Notes: generated by a model from the sequence alone, not told the origin. A stretch of 38,434 bases of DNA from a virus (IMGVR_UViG_3300011338_000269:1-38434); one strand, 5' to 3'; positions 8,571 to 17,322 are shown, counted from the first letter of the stretch. Numbers and translations: made by a program.

Positions 8571-9112
8571 CCTGCAATCTCCATCAAAATAATTGTTGAA
8601 GCTGGAATGTTATCCCGTTGTACTTCAATAGTTGCGCCACCACTAATTGAAACTTGAGTTTTATATGTAGTTGCAGAAGTAGTTGCTGGTGAATCTAAAT
8701 AAGATGTACTTTGACCACCACCCCAATAATTTGCCTCATTTGTATATCCAACAGGATAACCAAATCTTTGTATTTCTGTAGCACCTCTACGCAATGAAAG
8801 AGATACAACTACGTTTGCAGTTGGCCCTTTCATAACACCAGCTTGTGTTACCAAAATAAGAATTTTGCTTGATGTGCTAGATGGTGTAATTGTGGCTGTA
8901 AGACCTGTATCTACAAAAGTTGCAGATGTTGTAGATACTTGTGTTGAAGTTGTACCTTGTATGATTTGTAATATAGTCCCTGCTGTCTTGTTTGTAAGAA
9001 CAGTTCCAGTTTCTGTTGGCAAAGTTAGCGTGTAATTGCTGTTTGTATTAGGTGCGGCAATGGTCAGCGTACCTGTGCCGCTTGCATTTCCTTGTACTTG
9101 TACTAAACTCAT
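8567..9112 (-). CDS. Tail fibre / receptor-binding protein
   Basis: GTLTIAAPNTNSNYTLTLP; GTILQIIQG...ITPSSTSSKILI...LDSPATTSATTYK...IILMEIAG. Start at ATG 9112. Confidence 0.7.
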   Translation of the reverse strand: MSLVQVQGNASGTGTLTIAAPNTNSNYTLTLPTETGTVLTNKTAGTILQIIQGTTSTQVSTTSATFVDTGLTATITPSSTSSKILILVTQAGVMKGPTANVVVSLSLRRGATEIQRFGYPVGYTNEANYWGGGQSTSYLDSPATTSATTYKTQVSISGGATIEVQRDNIPASTIILMEIAG

Positions 9113-9120
9113 ATGTTTCC

Positions 9121-10200
9121 TTAAAGGACAGTCCAAACAGAACCAGTTGCAATGGTTACTGTTATACCATTTGAAATAGACACCGGGCCAGCACTCATAG
9201 CATTGTTGCCAGCAGCAATAGTATAATCAGAAGAGATGGTCTGTGAGTTGACAACAATACCATTACTTGCTACTAATGCAGTTGATTGTAATTCACCAGT
9301 GCTAGGCTTATAGAGAAGCTTAGCATTGCTTGTATATACAGTTGTTGGTACACCAGATGTAGCAGAAGCAAACATTGGGTACAAGTTAGTAGCTGTGCTT
9401 GTATCATTGGATAACGAAGCACCAGAGACAATAGCAGCCCAAGAAGCTGTAGTACCATCTGTGGTTAAATATTCACCAGCATTCCCTGCCTGTGAAGGCA
9501 AGGCATCCACTGCTGCCCAAGAGGTGCTTGTACCATTAGTTGTAAGAAACTCACCAGCATGGCCTGTCTGAGAGGGCGTATAAGAAGCAGCAAGGGTAGC
9601 AGAAGCTGCTGCATTTGTAGCACTGGTTGCTGCATTGCTTGCAGAGGTAGAGGCTTCAGAAGCTTTGGTGGTAGCAGTTGTTGCTGCTGTGCTTGCCGTA
9701 GAAGCAGAGGAAGCAGCATTGGTTGCACTGGTAGATGCTGCACTAGCAGAAGAAGCAGCATTCGTGGCAGAAGTAGAAGCTTCTGAAGCTTTAGTGGTAG
9801 CTGTACTAGCAGATGTTGATGCGTTGCTTGCTTGTATGGTTGCAGTGGTTGCAGAAGAGGAAGCACTAGAAGCAGAACCAGAAGCACTTGTAGCACTAGT
9901 TGCTGCATTAGTTGCTGATGTAGAAGCAGAAGAAGCTGAGCTTGCTGCACTAGATTCAGAGGAGGCTGCATTGGTAGCAGAGGTTGAAGCAGCAGAAGCA
10001 GAAGATGTTGCGCTAGTAGCTGAAGAAGAAGCACTAGAGGCAGAGGAAGCAGCGTTAGTTTCTGCTGTCTCAGCAGCAATTTCAGAAGCTAAGGCAGCGG
10101 CTGCTGAGGCTGCTGAGGCTGCTGCTAAGGCAGTTGCAGCATTAATTGTTGAGTCGCTAGAGGATTCTCCTGTGCCTCCAACACCACGATAGATTGCCAT
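9121..10200 (-). CDS. Tail fibre proximal/adaptor protein with Ala/Ser/Thr coiled-coil repeats
   Basis: About 180 aa of ASSASAASTSATNA-type repeats, two LPSQ.G.AGE.LTT.GT..SW units, and a NAMSAGPVSI..G.TVTI..GS.W C-terminus. Confidence 0.75.
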   Translation of the reverse strand: MAIYRGVGGTGESSSDSTINAATALAAASAASAAAALASEIAAETAETNAASSASSASSSATSATSSASAASTSATNAASSESSAASSASSASTSATNAATSATSASGSASSASSSATTATIQASNASTSASTATTKASEASTSATNAASSASAASTSATNAASSASTASTAATTATTKASEASTSASNAATSATNAAASATLAASYTPSQTGHAGEFLTTNGTSTSWAAVDALPSQAGNAGEYLTTDGTTASWAAIVSGASLSNDTSTATNLYPMFASATSGVPTTVYTSNAKLLYKPSTGELQSTALVASNGIVVNSQTISSDYTIAAGNNAMSAGPVSISNGITVTIATGSVWTVL

Positions 10201-10246
10201 ATACGCTCCTTGTTATGGAAAAGGCCTGTACGTAACAAGCCCCTTT

Positions 10247-10277
10247 CAAAACAAGGAAGCCCCTTGTGAGGGCTCCC
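10247..10277 (-). terminator. Rho-independent terminator after the capsid gene
   Basis: Minus strand GGGAGCCCT-CACA-AGGGGCTTCC followed by TTGTTTT. Confidence 0.65.
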
Positions 10278-10288
10278 ATGTAAGTTTC

Positions 10289-11236
10289 TTAAGCTGCGAC
10301 AGCCATCAAAACACCAGCGTCTGCACGGAGCACCTTAGTGCCGTACAACATGTCAGAAGTAAACAGAGTAGCCAAATACTCTTGTTTGTACTGCTGTTGT
10401 GAACGAACAGACATTTGCTCAATATGAACAGCCCAGTCTTTGTGAGCCAACAACGCACCCTTCACACCTGTTTCCAAGGTGGGGCAATTGCTAGATACAA
10501 CAACAGGGATACCATACAGATTACCAACTTCACCATTGCGGATGGTGTTAGCGTTACCAACTTCACCAACGAAGGCTTGTTCGGTGTAACGATTAATACC
10601 ATTCAAGGTGTTACGAGTTGAAGGAGGGATAATCAATACACGACCGTCCATTGGCTGGTCAGCGTCATCCAAATACTGGATGGCACGGCGGAAGCCAACG
10701 TCAGAGAAGGAACCGATGTCACCAGTGCCATCAGCATCATAAGCTTCCAATACACCTGTAGAGGAGTTAAACTGGAAGGAACGGCTGTGAGTGTAATCAC
10801 TGCCATCGCCATCACCCAAGCTCTTCACCAAAGCCCACAGGTCATCATCAACTTGCTTTGCCATAGCATAGCCAGCGTCATCAGTGTAGTGCTTACGCAA
10901 AGAGGGAAGGGCTTGCACATCAACAATGTCTTCAATCAAGTAAGACACTTCTTTGTGCAAAGACAAGTTCACAGTGATAGAACTCTGTGACAAGTTCTGC
11001 ATTTGAACGGCTGTGTTCTCACCCTTGGTGTTAGCAGCCAAACCACGTGAGGGGTTAGGGATAATGAGAGCATCACCCTTCTTGCCCTTGAAGCTCATCT
11101 TACGCACAAACTGTGCAAGGACGAGGTTCTTCTTATAGGCAGCGATAATCTCATCGCTCCATAAGTCGGGAAGGAAGTTAGAAGCTTCGGTCAGGCCTAC
11201 TGCGCCTGTTTGTGTGGGGAACGTACTTGTTGCCAT
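10289..11236 (-). CDS. Major capsid protein
   Basis: FLPDLWSDEIIAAYKKNLV, KGKKGD.L.IP, G.LYGIPV.VS, SDMLYGTKVLR. Follows scaffold and precedes a terminator. Confidence 0.9.
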   Translation of the reverse strand: MATSTFPTQTGAVGLTEASNFLPDLWSDEIIAAYKKNLVLAQFVRKMSFKGKKGDALIIPNPSRGLAANTKGENTAVQMQNLSQSSITVNLSLHKEVSYLIEDIVDVQALPSLRKHYTDDAGYAMAKQVDDDLWALVKSLGDGDGSDYTHSRSFQFNSSTGVLEAYDADGTGDIGSFSDVGFRRAIQYLDDADQPMDGRVLIIPPSTRNTLNGINRYTEQAFVGEVGNANTIRNGEVGNLYGIPVVVSSNCPTLETGVKGALLAHKDWAVHIEQMSVRSQQQYKQEYLATLFTSDMLYGTKVLRADAGVLMAVAA

Positions 11237-11259
11237 TTTAAATATCTTTCATAAGGTTA

Positions 11260-12027
11260 TTAACGAACCCTTCCTTCTGCATATGCTGCCATGATTTCTG
11301 GCTGCAAGGACATGTATCGGTCAGGGTCTTTACGCATGAGGTCTACAATGTCAGCACGGCGATAAATCTTCTTGCTCTGTGTCTCACCAGTTCCTTTGAC
11401 AGAACCAGTTGATGCCTGTTTTAGTTGTTGTTTACGATCAGCCTTCTGCATCTCAACAGTGTTGCTTAACATTTGCTGACGTTCTTTCCATGTAGTCAAA
11501 AGATCGTCTGCTGCGTCAAAGTCATACCGCTGGTCTGCACGTGAAAGAAGTTCGCTTCGCACCTTGCTCTTACCAACCCACTCCTTGAAACCATCGTCAT
11601 TAATAATATCCGTATAGTCAGGGTGAGCAGTCTTTAAAGCATTTAAGGCCTGAACCTTTTGCATCTGTGCATTTAAAGCTTCTGCTTCTTTTATTTTAGG
11701 GTGTCGTGAAACAGCCTGTTCAACAGCCTTCTGAGGATCAGAGAAGAAATCTACCTCTTCGTCCTGTGGGGCTTCTTTGGTAACAACTTGTGCTTTTACA
11801 AAATCATCTACAATACGCCGAAGTTCTCCAACCTCTTGTGAATGTCGCCCCATCAGCTTCTCAGCTTCTTGGTGCATACGAATCAAATCAGTTGCACTTT
11901 TACCTTTGTATCGCTCTGGAACATCTGGTTCTTGAGGGCTGTCCTGTTGGGGTTCCTCTTGAGTTTGCTCTAATTGAGAGATGTCCTCTTGTGTATCTTG
12001 TACGCTGTCGTCAATAAATGTTGCCAT
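11260..12027 (-). CDS. Capsid scaffolding protein
   Basis: Acidic N-terminus, PERYKGKS...QEVGELR, and C-terminal EIMAAYAEGRVR; immediately upstream of MCP. Confidence 0.8.
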   Translation of the reverse strand: MATFIDDSVQDTQEDISQLEQTQEEPQQDSPQEPDVPERYKGKSATDLIRMHQEAEKLMGRHSQEVGELRRIVDDFVKAQVVTKEAPQDEEVDFFSDPQKAVEQAVSRHPKIKEAEALNAQMQKVQALNALKTAHPDYTDIINDDGFKEWVGKSKVRSELLSRADQRYDFDAADDLLTTWKERQQMLSNTVEMQKADRKQQLKQASTGSVKGTGETQSKKIYRRADIVDLMRKDPDRYMSLQPEIMAAYAEGRVR

Positions 12028-12077
12028 ATAGTCTCCGTGCTTAATAGCATTATGGAAGAAATTTAGAATGTTCCCTC

Positions 12078-12311
12078 TTATGAGGCATTCTGCTTCTGCT
12101 CTTTAGCCAGTTGCTCTCGGTGTTTCTTTTCCCACTTCATTGCAGCCCCGGGGAAATCACCTGTAACTCCTTCAAGTTTAACTCGTGGAGTACTTAACTG
12201 ACGAAAGGCAGTTGTGCCACATACCTGACAATCTATTGTTTCTATTTCTACAGAAGTAAATCGTTCTTGTATGTGACCACTAGGACAGAGAAAATCAAAG
12301 ACTCTTATCAT
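12078..12311 (-). CDS. Small zinc-ribbon (FmdB-like) protein
   Basis: MIRVFDFLCPSGH...CQVCG; start at ATG 12311. Confidence 0.6.
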   Translation of the reverse strand: MIRVFDFLCPSGHIQERFTSVEIETIDCQVCGTTAFRQLSTPRVKLEGVTGDFPGAAMKWEKKHREQLAKEQKQNAS

Positions 12312-12537
12312 CTGTAAGCTCCGCATACGATGCTTCGATAGCATTACGATAACCAAGAAGTGTCTCTAAAACTTCTACTTGTCCTTTTCTGAACCAGAAC
12401 ATGTTAGCATCTGAGGTGTTCCGAATATCAGAGAGATTGTCTAAGCTACGCTTAAGGTCTTCCTGATATATGTCCCATCCCTTATGTACAAACAAGTCTA
12501 GAAGAGATTCATAATATTCTTGTAACTCTTTATCCAT
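12295..12537 (-). CDS. Hypothetical protein (post-portal helical protein)
   Basis: ORF track; AGGAG 8 nt before ATG 12537. Confidence 0.6.
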   Translation of the reverse strand: MDKELQEYYESLLDLFVHKGWDIYQEDLKRSLDNLSDIRNTSDANMFWFRKGQVEVLETLLGYRNAIEASYAELTDDKSL

Positions 12538-12571
12538 GAGCATTTCTCCTGTTGTGGATGCTGATGTCTCT

Positions 12572-12600
12572 ATTATACCACAAAAGTTTTACTTTGTCAA
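12572..12600 (-). promoter_or_regulatory. Consensus sigma70 promoter for scaffold/capsid genes
   Basis: Minus strand TTGACA-aagtaaaacttttgtgg(17)-TATAAT with TG extension. Confidence 0.85.
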
Positions 12601-12601
12601 G

Positions 12602-14572
12602 CTATTGCTGCATTTGCTTAGCTACAATTGCTTCTTTGCTTGCAATTTCACGCTCTTTCAAGACCAAATCTGCAAGCCGTGCTCGGCGTTCAAACTCTTT
12701 ATCGTCTTGGCTACCTATCTGGAGGTTAGAAGAAATGGCACGGATGCGATCATTCTCCAACTTAGTAGGGATTGCGTCTGTTTCTGCTTGAAGCTTACTA
12801 GCTCGGCTCTGGCTTTCAGCAGCTTGTGCTTGATAGAGGGCTGTCTGAGCCTCTGCTGCTGCCATCTGCATCTGCATTTGAGCCTGTTGTAGCTGTTGTG
12901 CCTGTGGGTTAGGCTGATTCATCTCACGAAGCTTGCTAATCATGCCTTCTCGGTTGGTCAGGCTCATGTTTTCAATGACAGCCTCCACCAACATAGGGTA
13001 CATTGGGCTATCTTGTCCCAAGGTTTGCAGGAGTTGCACCAATTGTGTAACCTCATACTCACGAGCAATGACACCAAGGCTGCTAGAAGCTACAAACTTA
13101 TAGTCTTGTGCAGGGAAGTTGTCTGGGTCATACTGCATATAGCGCCATGCAGCCTTGCTAACCAGCGGGATGAGGAAGGAGTCTTGGAAGTTGATTAACG
13201 TGCGCTTATGGCGCTTTATAATCGCTCCTAGAGACATACTTACAGCGCCTGCTGCTGCCTCTCCATTGATACTTCCGGGAATGCCTGCTGCATCAATGGC
13301 TCCTGTAGCCATCTGAACCATGCGCTGAAGGCTTTCTGCCTGTGTAAAGCTCACTTGGTCAAGGTTGCCAAACTTAAAGGGCATCATAATCTCAGCGGGA
13401 TTACCATTCGTGATGATGGTCTTGCCGGGACGTATCTCAAACTTGGAGCCACGGGGCATACGTGTGCCATCCATAGCCATCATTGGATGGACAGTTAATG
13501 CCAAGGCATCAATACGAGCACGAAGTTCAGCATCCAAAGCCTTTTGGCTGTTATAACCCTTCTCACAGATGCCACGTCCCCAGAAGCGTCCGGGAACCAC
13601 ATCCCAAGGGAAGGCAATCAAGGGGCGATCTTGCATCATGTAGGGGTTTGCTTCAACCTTCAAGAGCACACCACCATTGCCAACCACCACAATGGCTTCT
13701 ACATATTCGCTTTCTTCGTCTAGCTCATGTTCTTTAGAGCCTTCCTTCTTCTTGCTTTCTTCTTTAGGCTCTGGTAAATCCATTGCCTCGTTAAACTCTT
13801 TACGAGGAACAAGGCCATAATACTTGGTGAGACGTACCTTATCATCTTGATATATCGTAAGGTCTTGGTCAGGCTCAAGGTCTTGGTCAGGAGCCGCTGC
13901 TGTAATGTCAACATCACGATAGATGCCTTTCTCAATGAGTAGTTCAACCTGATGCTTAGGAACAAACTCATCAATAGCTACACCCAAAGCATCCTCAATA
14001 GAGGAGGCTACAGGGTCAATCAGGAAGTTCTGTGGTAGAATTGGCCTGACCTTAACAACTGTACGAGGCTTAACCATAACCCCTACAGCTTGCATAGCAC
14101 CATCAAGGATGGGCTGTGTGGCTGGTGTGAAGTCTTGCACCTCATCAAGGACAAGCTCAGCCATACCTGTGCCAAACACAGCAGCGTTTAACAAACACTC
14201 AGCAACAGCCTTGCGTGTCTTGGTGAATTTAAACTCTTCATCCAAAGCATTACGCAAGAAGGTGATGTCTTCACGCTCTTGGTCACGCATGTCATCATAG
14301 ATGTCAAACCATTTACCACGACCAAAGGTGGCTTCTTCAACCTCAGCAACACTGCTCTCTACGGCTTGTTGCAAGGCAGGGCTAATAAGCTTGCTACGCT
14401 CACTCTCACGTGTCTTATCAGCAGCATCCCACTGACCACGCCATAAGCGATAATACTCATCAAACTTCTCTTGATGGTTACTGGTATAATGGTCACGCCA
14501 TCTGTCAGCTTTATCAATAACCCAACCAGCGAGGCTATTGCCCTTATACGTTTCTTCGGTATCAAAGCTCAT
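12602..14572 (-). CDS. Portal protein
   Basis: 656 aa between TerL and scaffold; YYRLWRG, NFLIDP, PGRFWGRG, Gln-rich C-terminal coiled-coil barrel. Confidence 0.85.
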   Translation of the reverse strand: MSFDTEETYKGNSLAGWVIDKADRWRDHYTSNHQEKFDEYYRLWRGQWDAADKTRESERSKLISPALQQAVESSVAEVEEATFGRGKWFDIYDDMRDQEREDITFLRNALDEEFKFTKTRKAVAECLLNAAVFGTGMAELVLDEVQDFTPATQPILDGAMQAVGVMVKPRTVVKVRPILPQNFLIDPVASSIEDALGVAIDEFVPKHQVELLIEKGIYRDVDITAAAPDQDLEPDQDLTIYQDDKVRLTKYYGLVPRKEFNEAMDLPEPKEESKKKEGSKEHELDEESEYVEAIVVVGNGGVLLKVEANPYMMQDRPLIAFPWDVVPGRFWGRGICEKGYNSQKALDAELRARIDALALTVHPMMAMDGTRMPRGSKFEIRPGKTIITNGNPAEIMMPFKFGNLDQVSFTQAESLQRMVQMATGAIDAAGIPGSINGEAAAGAVSMSLGAIIKRHKRTLINFQDSFLIPLVSKAAWRYMQYDPDNFPAQDYKFVASSSLGVIAREYEVTQLVQLLQTLGQDSPMYPMLVEAVIENMSLTNREGMISKLREMNQPNPQAQQLQQAQMQMQMAAAEAQTALYQAQAAESQSRASKLQAETDAIPTKLENDRIRAISSNLQIGSQDDKEFERRARLADLVLKEREIASKEAIVAKQMQQ

Positions 14573-14580
14573 ATATTTCC

Positions 14581-15828
14581 TTAGTATCCGCTTAAAGCGT
14601 CCATTGGTTCAAAAGGTTCTTCTTCATATTCTGTAGCATAGCTTTCTTTGCTTAGCTGCTCAATGTAACTAAGCGCATCAATCAAGTCATCATGCACAAG
14701 AGTATTTGGAAATTGGAAGAGTTGGTCAAGAAATTGTATGTTCCATTCTCCCTTGTTAAGGACAATTTGACCATGTTCAAAACGCCCCTGTAATGCCCAT
14801 ACAATTCTATCTGTTTTCTTTTTGTTTCCATGACTTAGCTCTTCCACTCTAAAGAACGTCTGTGTTCTTCTCATTATGTCTGACAAATAGGGCATCACTG
14901 CTTGCTTAGCAATACCCTTCTCAATTCCTATGGACACTGGCTCATACTTCTTAACAGCAGCAAATATCTTCTTTGCTGTCTCTTCAACTGTCCAACGTCC
15001 AAAGACAATATCCTTAACATACCAACCTTTGTCGTTGGTCTTAACGATGGCTATGGCACTGTCATCAAGCCGCTTACTTTTACTGCCCTTGCTCTCATCT
15101 GCAAAGCCAGCCAAGTCAATGGCAATGAAAAAGTCACCCTCAGGCTCTTCCTCATCAAACTTAACCCATTCCTCTTTGAAGAGTTCTCCACCCTGTGCTT
15201 CAAAGGAGGCCATGAACTCCTGCCTAAAAGCAAAGCTGCTCATGTTCTTCTTAGCAGCCTCAATCTCTTCTGGGTCAATCAGGGGGTTGTTATAGCTGGT
15301 GAAATGCCAGCTCTTGAATGTAGCATCCTCTCCTGTGAGGCCATACTGGTACAGCTCATAGAAGTGATTCCTGCCCATTGGTGTTCCAATGAACAAGGCA
15401 TGTCCCTTCTGGTCAGCCAAGGCAGGACGTAAGATTTGCTCCCACACCTCTGGCTTCATGTCTGCATATTCATCCATCACCAGAAACTTTAGGGACACCC
15501 CTCGCATAGTCTCTGGCCTGTCAGCCCCTTTAAGGCTGATGGTGGCTCCGTTAACAAGCTTAACCTGTAAGTTATTAACATGACTTCCAGCAATGACAGC
15601 ATGACCAACCTCAAGCAGGGTTTGCCACATAATGTCCCTTGCCTGTCCCTGTGTAGGGGCAACATAGAACACATGGCCTTTCTCTGCCTGTAGAGCATTG
15701 AACAACAACAAGTAGGCAGCTAAGCGACTCTTTCCTGTTCTTCGTCCAGCAGCTACAACCTTGAAACGACTCTTGTCATTCCACACCTCTTGCTGCCACG
15801 GAAGGAGCTTAATGTCTAGACTAGTCAA
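14581..15828 (-). CDS. terL: Terminase large subunit
   Basis: Walker A AGRRTGKS, APTQGQA, Walker B LVMDE, IGTP coupling motif, nuclease IAIDLA and HDDLIDAL; TTG start. Confidence 0.95.
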   Translation of the reverse strand: MTSLDIKLLPWQQEVWNDKSRFKVVAAGRRTGKSRLAAYLLLFNALQAEKGHVFYVAPTQGQARDIMWQTLLEVGHAVIAGSHVNNLQVKLVNGATISLKGADRPETMRGVSLKFLVMDEYADMKPEVWEQILRPALADQKGHALFIGTPMGRNHFYELYQYGLTGEDATFKSWHFTSYNNPLIDPEEIEAAKKNMSSFAFRQEFMASFEAQGGELFKEEWVKFDEEEPEGDFFIAIDLAGFADESKGSKSKRLDDSAIAIVKTNDKGWYVKDIVFGRWTVEETAKKIFAAVKKYEPVSIGIEKGIAKQAVMPYLSDIMRRTQTFFRVEELSHGNKKKTDRIVWALQGRFEHGQIVLNKGEWNIQFLDQLFQFPNTLVHDDLIDALSYIEQLSKESYATEYEEEPFEPMDALSGY

Positions 15829-16348
15829 ACAAACTTCCTAATGTGTTCTTAGCTCTAGCTAAGGGGTTCTCCCACCAAGAAGGTTCTGGGGTAGGCGCAG
15901 GAGCCATAGGAGGCTGATAGCCACTAATCTGTAGAGCATACTTTGCTCTCTCATCATACTTGGGGTTACGCTCTGGGTTGGGCTTAAACCATCCCTTAGC
16001 AAGCACATCAGCAATGACACTGGGGTCTTGTTCTGTATCTAACACATTTCTGAGCTTGGCAGCGTTGCCTGCTCCAATGATGTTCTGACTATCCCCATAA
16101 ACTGTATCATGAAAGAAACGAAGCTGAGCATCAGCACTGTCTTTTATTTTATTCTGCTTCTTCCACTTCTCATAATAAGGCTTCATGAAGTCAAGCTGCA
16201 ACAGCCCATACCCCGGGCCTCCTTCTTGTTTCGTCTTATAATCGAAGGTGTCCCCTGTCTCAACAGCAATGTTGCCGAGGATGCCAGCAACAGCAGCATC
16301 ATTATAGCCTAGCTTCTTTAATCTTTTTTCAACAGCTTCTTTAGACAT
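15821..16348 (-). CDS. Phage tail lysozyme-like muramidase (Phage_lysozyme2-like)
   Basis: GYNDAAVAGILGNIAVETG...GYGLLQ...DAQLRFF. Start moved to ATG 16348, overlapping the terS stop. Confidence 0.7.
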   Translation of the reverse strand: MSKEAVEKRLKKLGYNDAAVAGILGNIAVETGDTFDYKTKQEGGPGYGLLQLDFMKPYYEKWKKQNKIKDSADAQLRFFHDTVYGDSQNIIGAGNAAKLRNVLDTEQDPSVIADVLAKGWFKPNPERNPKYDERAKYALQISGYQPPMAPAPTPEPSWWENPLARAKNTLGSLFD

Positions 16349-16715
16349 CAATAACCTCGTCTTCTCCACCTGAGATGATTGTCTGCTCTCCACCAACACC
16401 AGTGATAGTGATAGACACAGCAGCCCTACCACCACCATTCTTGTCCTTCTCAAAATGACTGAGAGGTAACAACCTATCCATGATGAGCTTCCAAGCTGCT
16501 GCTTGATTCTTGTGGTTATCATCTAAAGCAGCCCCATAGATGGCTTCAACAACCTTCTGGCTCCGAGGACTGTTTAACATCCTAGAGCGATATTCGTTTA
16601 TGATTGCCTGTTCGCCTTTAGGCCTTCCAACAGCATTCCTCTTGCCCGGAGTCTTGGCAACAATATCTGTCTTCTTGGGACGTCCTCTTTTTTTAACAGG
16701 GCTATCAGTGTTCAT
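16341..16715 (-). CDS. terS: Terminase small subunit (probable)
   Basis: KRGRPKK/GRPKG basic motifs, AAWKLIMDRLLP, V.ITITG C-terminal strand; first gene of the late arm. Confidence 0.65.
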   Translation of the reverse strand: MNTDSPVKKRGRPKKTDIVAKTPGKRNAVGRPKGEQAIINEYRSRMLNSPRSQKVVEAIYGAALDDNHKNQAAAWKLIMDRLLPLSHFEKDKNGGGRAAVSITITGVGGEQTIISGGEDEVIDV

Positions 16716-16722
16716 ATGTCTT

Positions 16723-16833
16723 TCTGTGCGGCTTCTATGCCCATCTGTGCAGCTTCTATGTTTGAATTATTCTTAGTAGTTCAGCTTACAAGTAAACAAC
16801 TAAGAATAAAAGCCCATCTGTACAGCTTATAGG
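16723..16833. repeat. Three imperfect 17-bp direct repeats in the terS leader
   Basis: tctgtgcggcttctatg (16723), tctgtgcagcttctatg (16744), tctgtacagcttatagg (16817). Confidence 0.7.
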
Positions 16834-16848
16834 TAACTACATAGTTAC
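16833..16848. promoter_or_regulatory. GTAACT-N4-AGTWAC box, copy 1
   Basis: GTAACTACATAGTTAC. Confidence 0.7.
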
Positions 16849-16910
16849 TTATATGCCTAAGCTTATTTGTTTATTATTTAATAAGCTTCCTTAATTGCTT
16901 ATATGTGTTT

Positions 16911-16939
16911 ATTATACCACACATTGTGTTAAATGTCAA
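16911..16939 (-). promoter_or_regulatory. Consensus sigma70 promoter for the packaging/late arm
   Basis: Minus strand TTGACA-tttaacacaatgtgtgg(17)-TATAAT with TG extension. Confidence 0.85.
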
Positions 16940-16980
16940 GCTCTTTGTGTGGCTTTAATGCTACACATTGCATTCCTTTT

Positions 16981-16996
16981 ATGACCCGTTGGTCAG
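16981..16996. promoter_or_regulatory. RutR/TetR-like palindrome
   Basis: ATGACCCGTTGGTCAG versus RutR consensus TTGACCAnnTGGTCAA. Confidence 0.4.
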
Positions 16997-17015
16997 TAAT
17001 TGTTTATCCCTTGTA

Positions 17016-17028
17016 AATCAACAACTTA
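17016..17028 (+). promoter_or_regulatory. IHF binding site
   Basis: AATCAACAACTTA is an exact match to WATCAANNNNTTR, with AT-rich upstream flank. Confidence 0.55.
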
Positions 17029-17030
17029 GC

Positions 17031-17051
17031 AAATGCGAATAGTTCTCATTT
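17031..17051. promoter_or_regulatory. Fur box
   Basis: AAATGCGAATAGTTCTCATTT; 2 mismatches from the proteobacterial 9-1-9 Fur palindrome AATGAGAATnATTCTCATT. Confidence 0.65.
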
Positions 17052-17242
17052 AGCCCCTATTTTAGCCCTTTTTTGTATGCTACGGGGTTCCGCATATATT
17101 GGCACAAGTTGTCCCCTCCCCCGGTAGTACTTTTGTGCTACAAAACAGCACTTCTGTGGGAGGGTATGTAAACTTTAGAGGTATGAGTACTAATGTGGCA
17201 ACCACTGAAGCCACCTGAAACCCTAAGTACTACAACATCAAG

Positions 17243-17258
17243 GTAACTAGCTAGTAAC
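17243..17258. promoter_or_regulatory. GTAACT-N4-AGTWAC box, copy 2
   Basis: GTAACTAGCTAGTAAC. Confidence 0.7.
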
Positions 17259-17322
17259 TAAGACCAAAGCATTACAGGGTAAACACCTAATATAGTACCT
17301 AGGTATTAACTGTCACACAATA

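Noticed and set aside
9465-10192. Long alternative-frame ORFs (9465..10079 -, 9635..10192 +)
   Set aside because: Shadows of the low-complexity Ala/Ser repeat of the tail fibre; no RBS or domain signal.
14902-15432. Antisense ORFs over terL, and similar ones over portal, polA, RNR and ejection genes
   Set aside because: Fully overlap well-supported genes on the opposite strand and carry no motifs.
16906-16934. dif-like site (TTGTGTTAAAT resembles the XerD arm)
   Set aside because: No XerC arm; the sequence is accounted for by the sigma70 promoter spacer.
17100-17115. Second sigma54 promoter (TGGCAC at 17100)
   Set aside because: No TTGC at the -12 position.
17133-17148. LexA box-like TTGT-N8-ACAG
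   Set aside because: Mismatch in the invariant CTG and not positioned over a promoter; better explained by the local TTTTGT-GCT-ACAAAA palindrome.
17310-17320. Pho-box half-site CTGTCAC
   Set aside because: No second repeat at 11-bp spacing.
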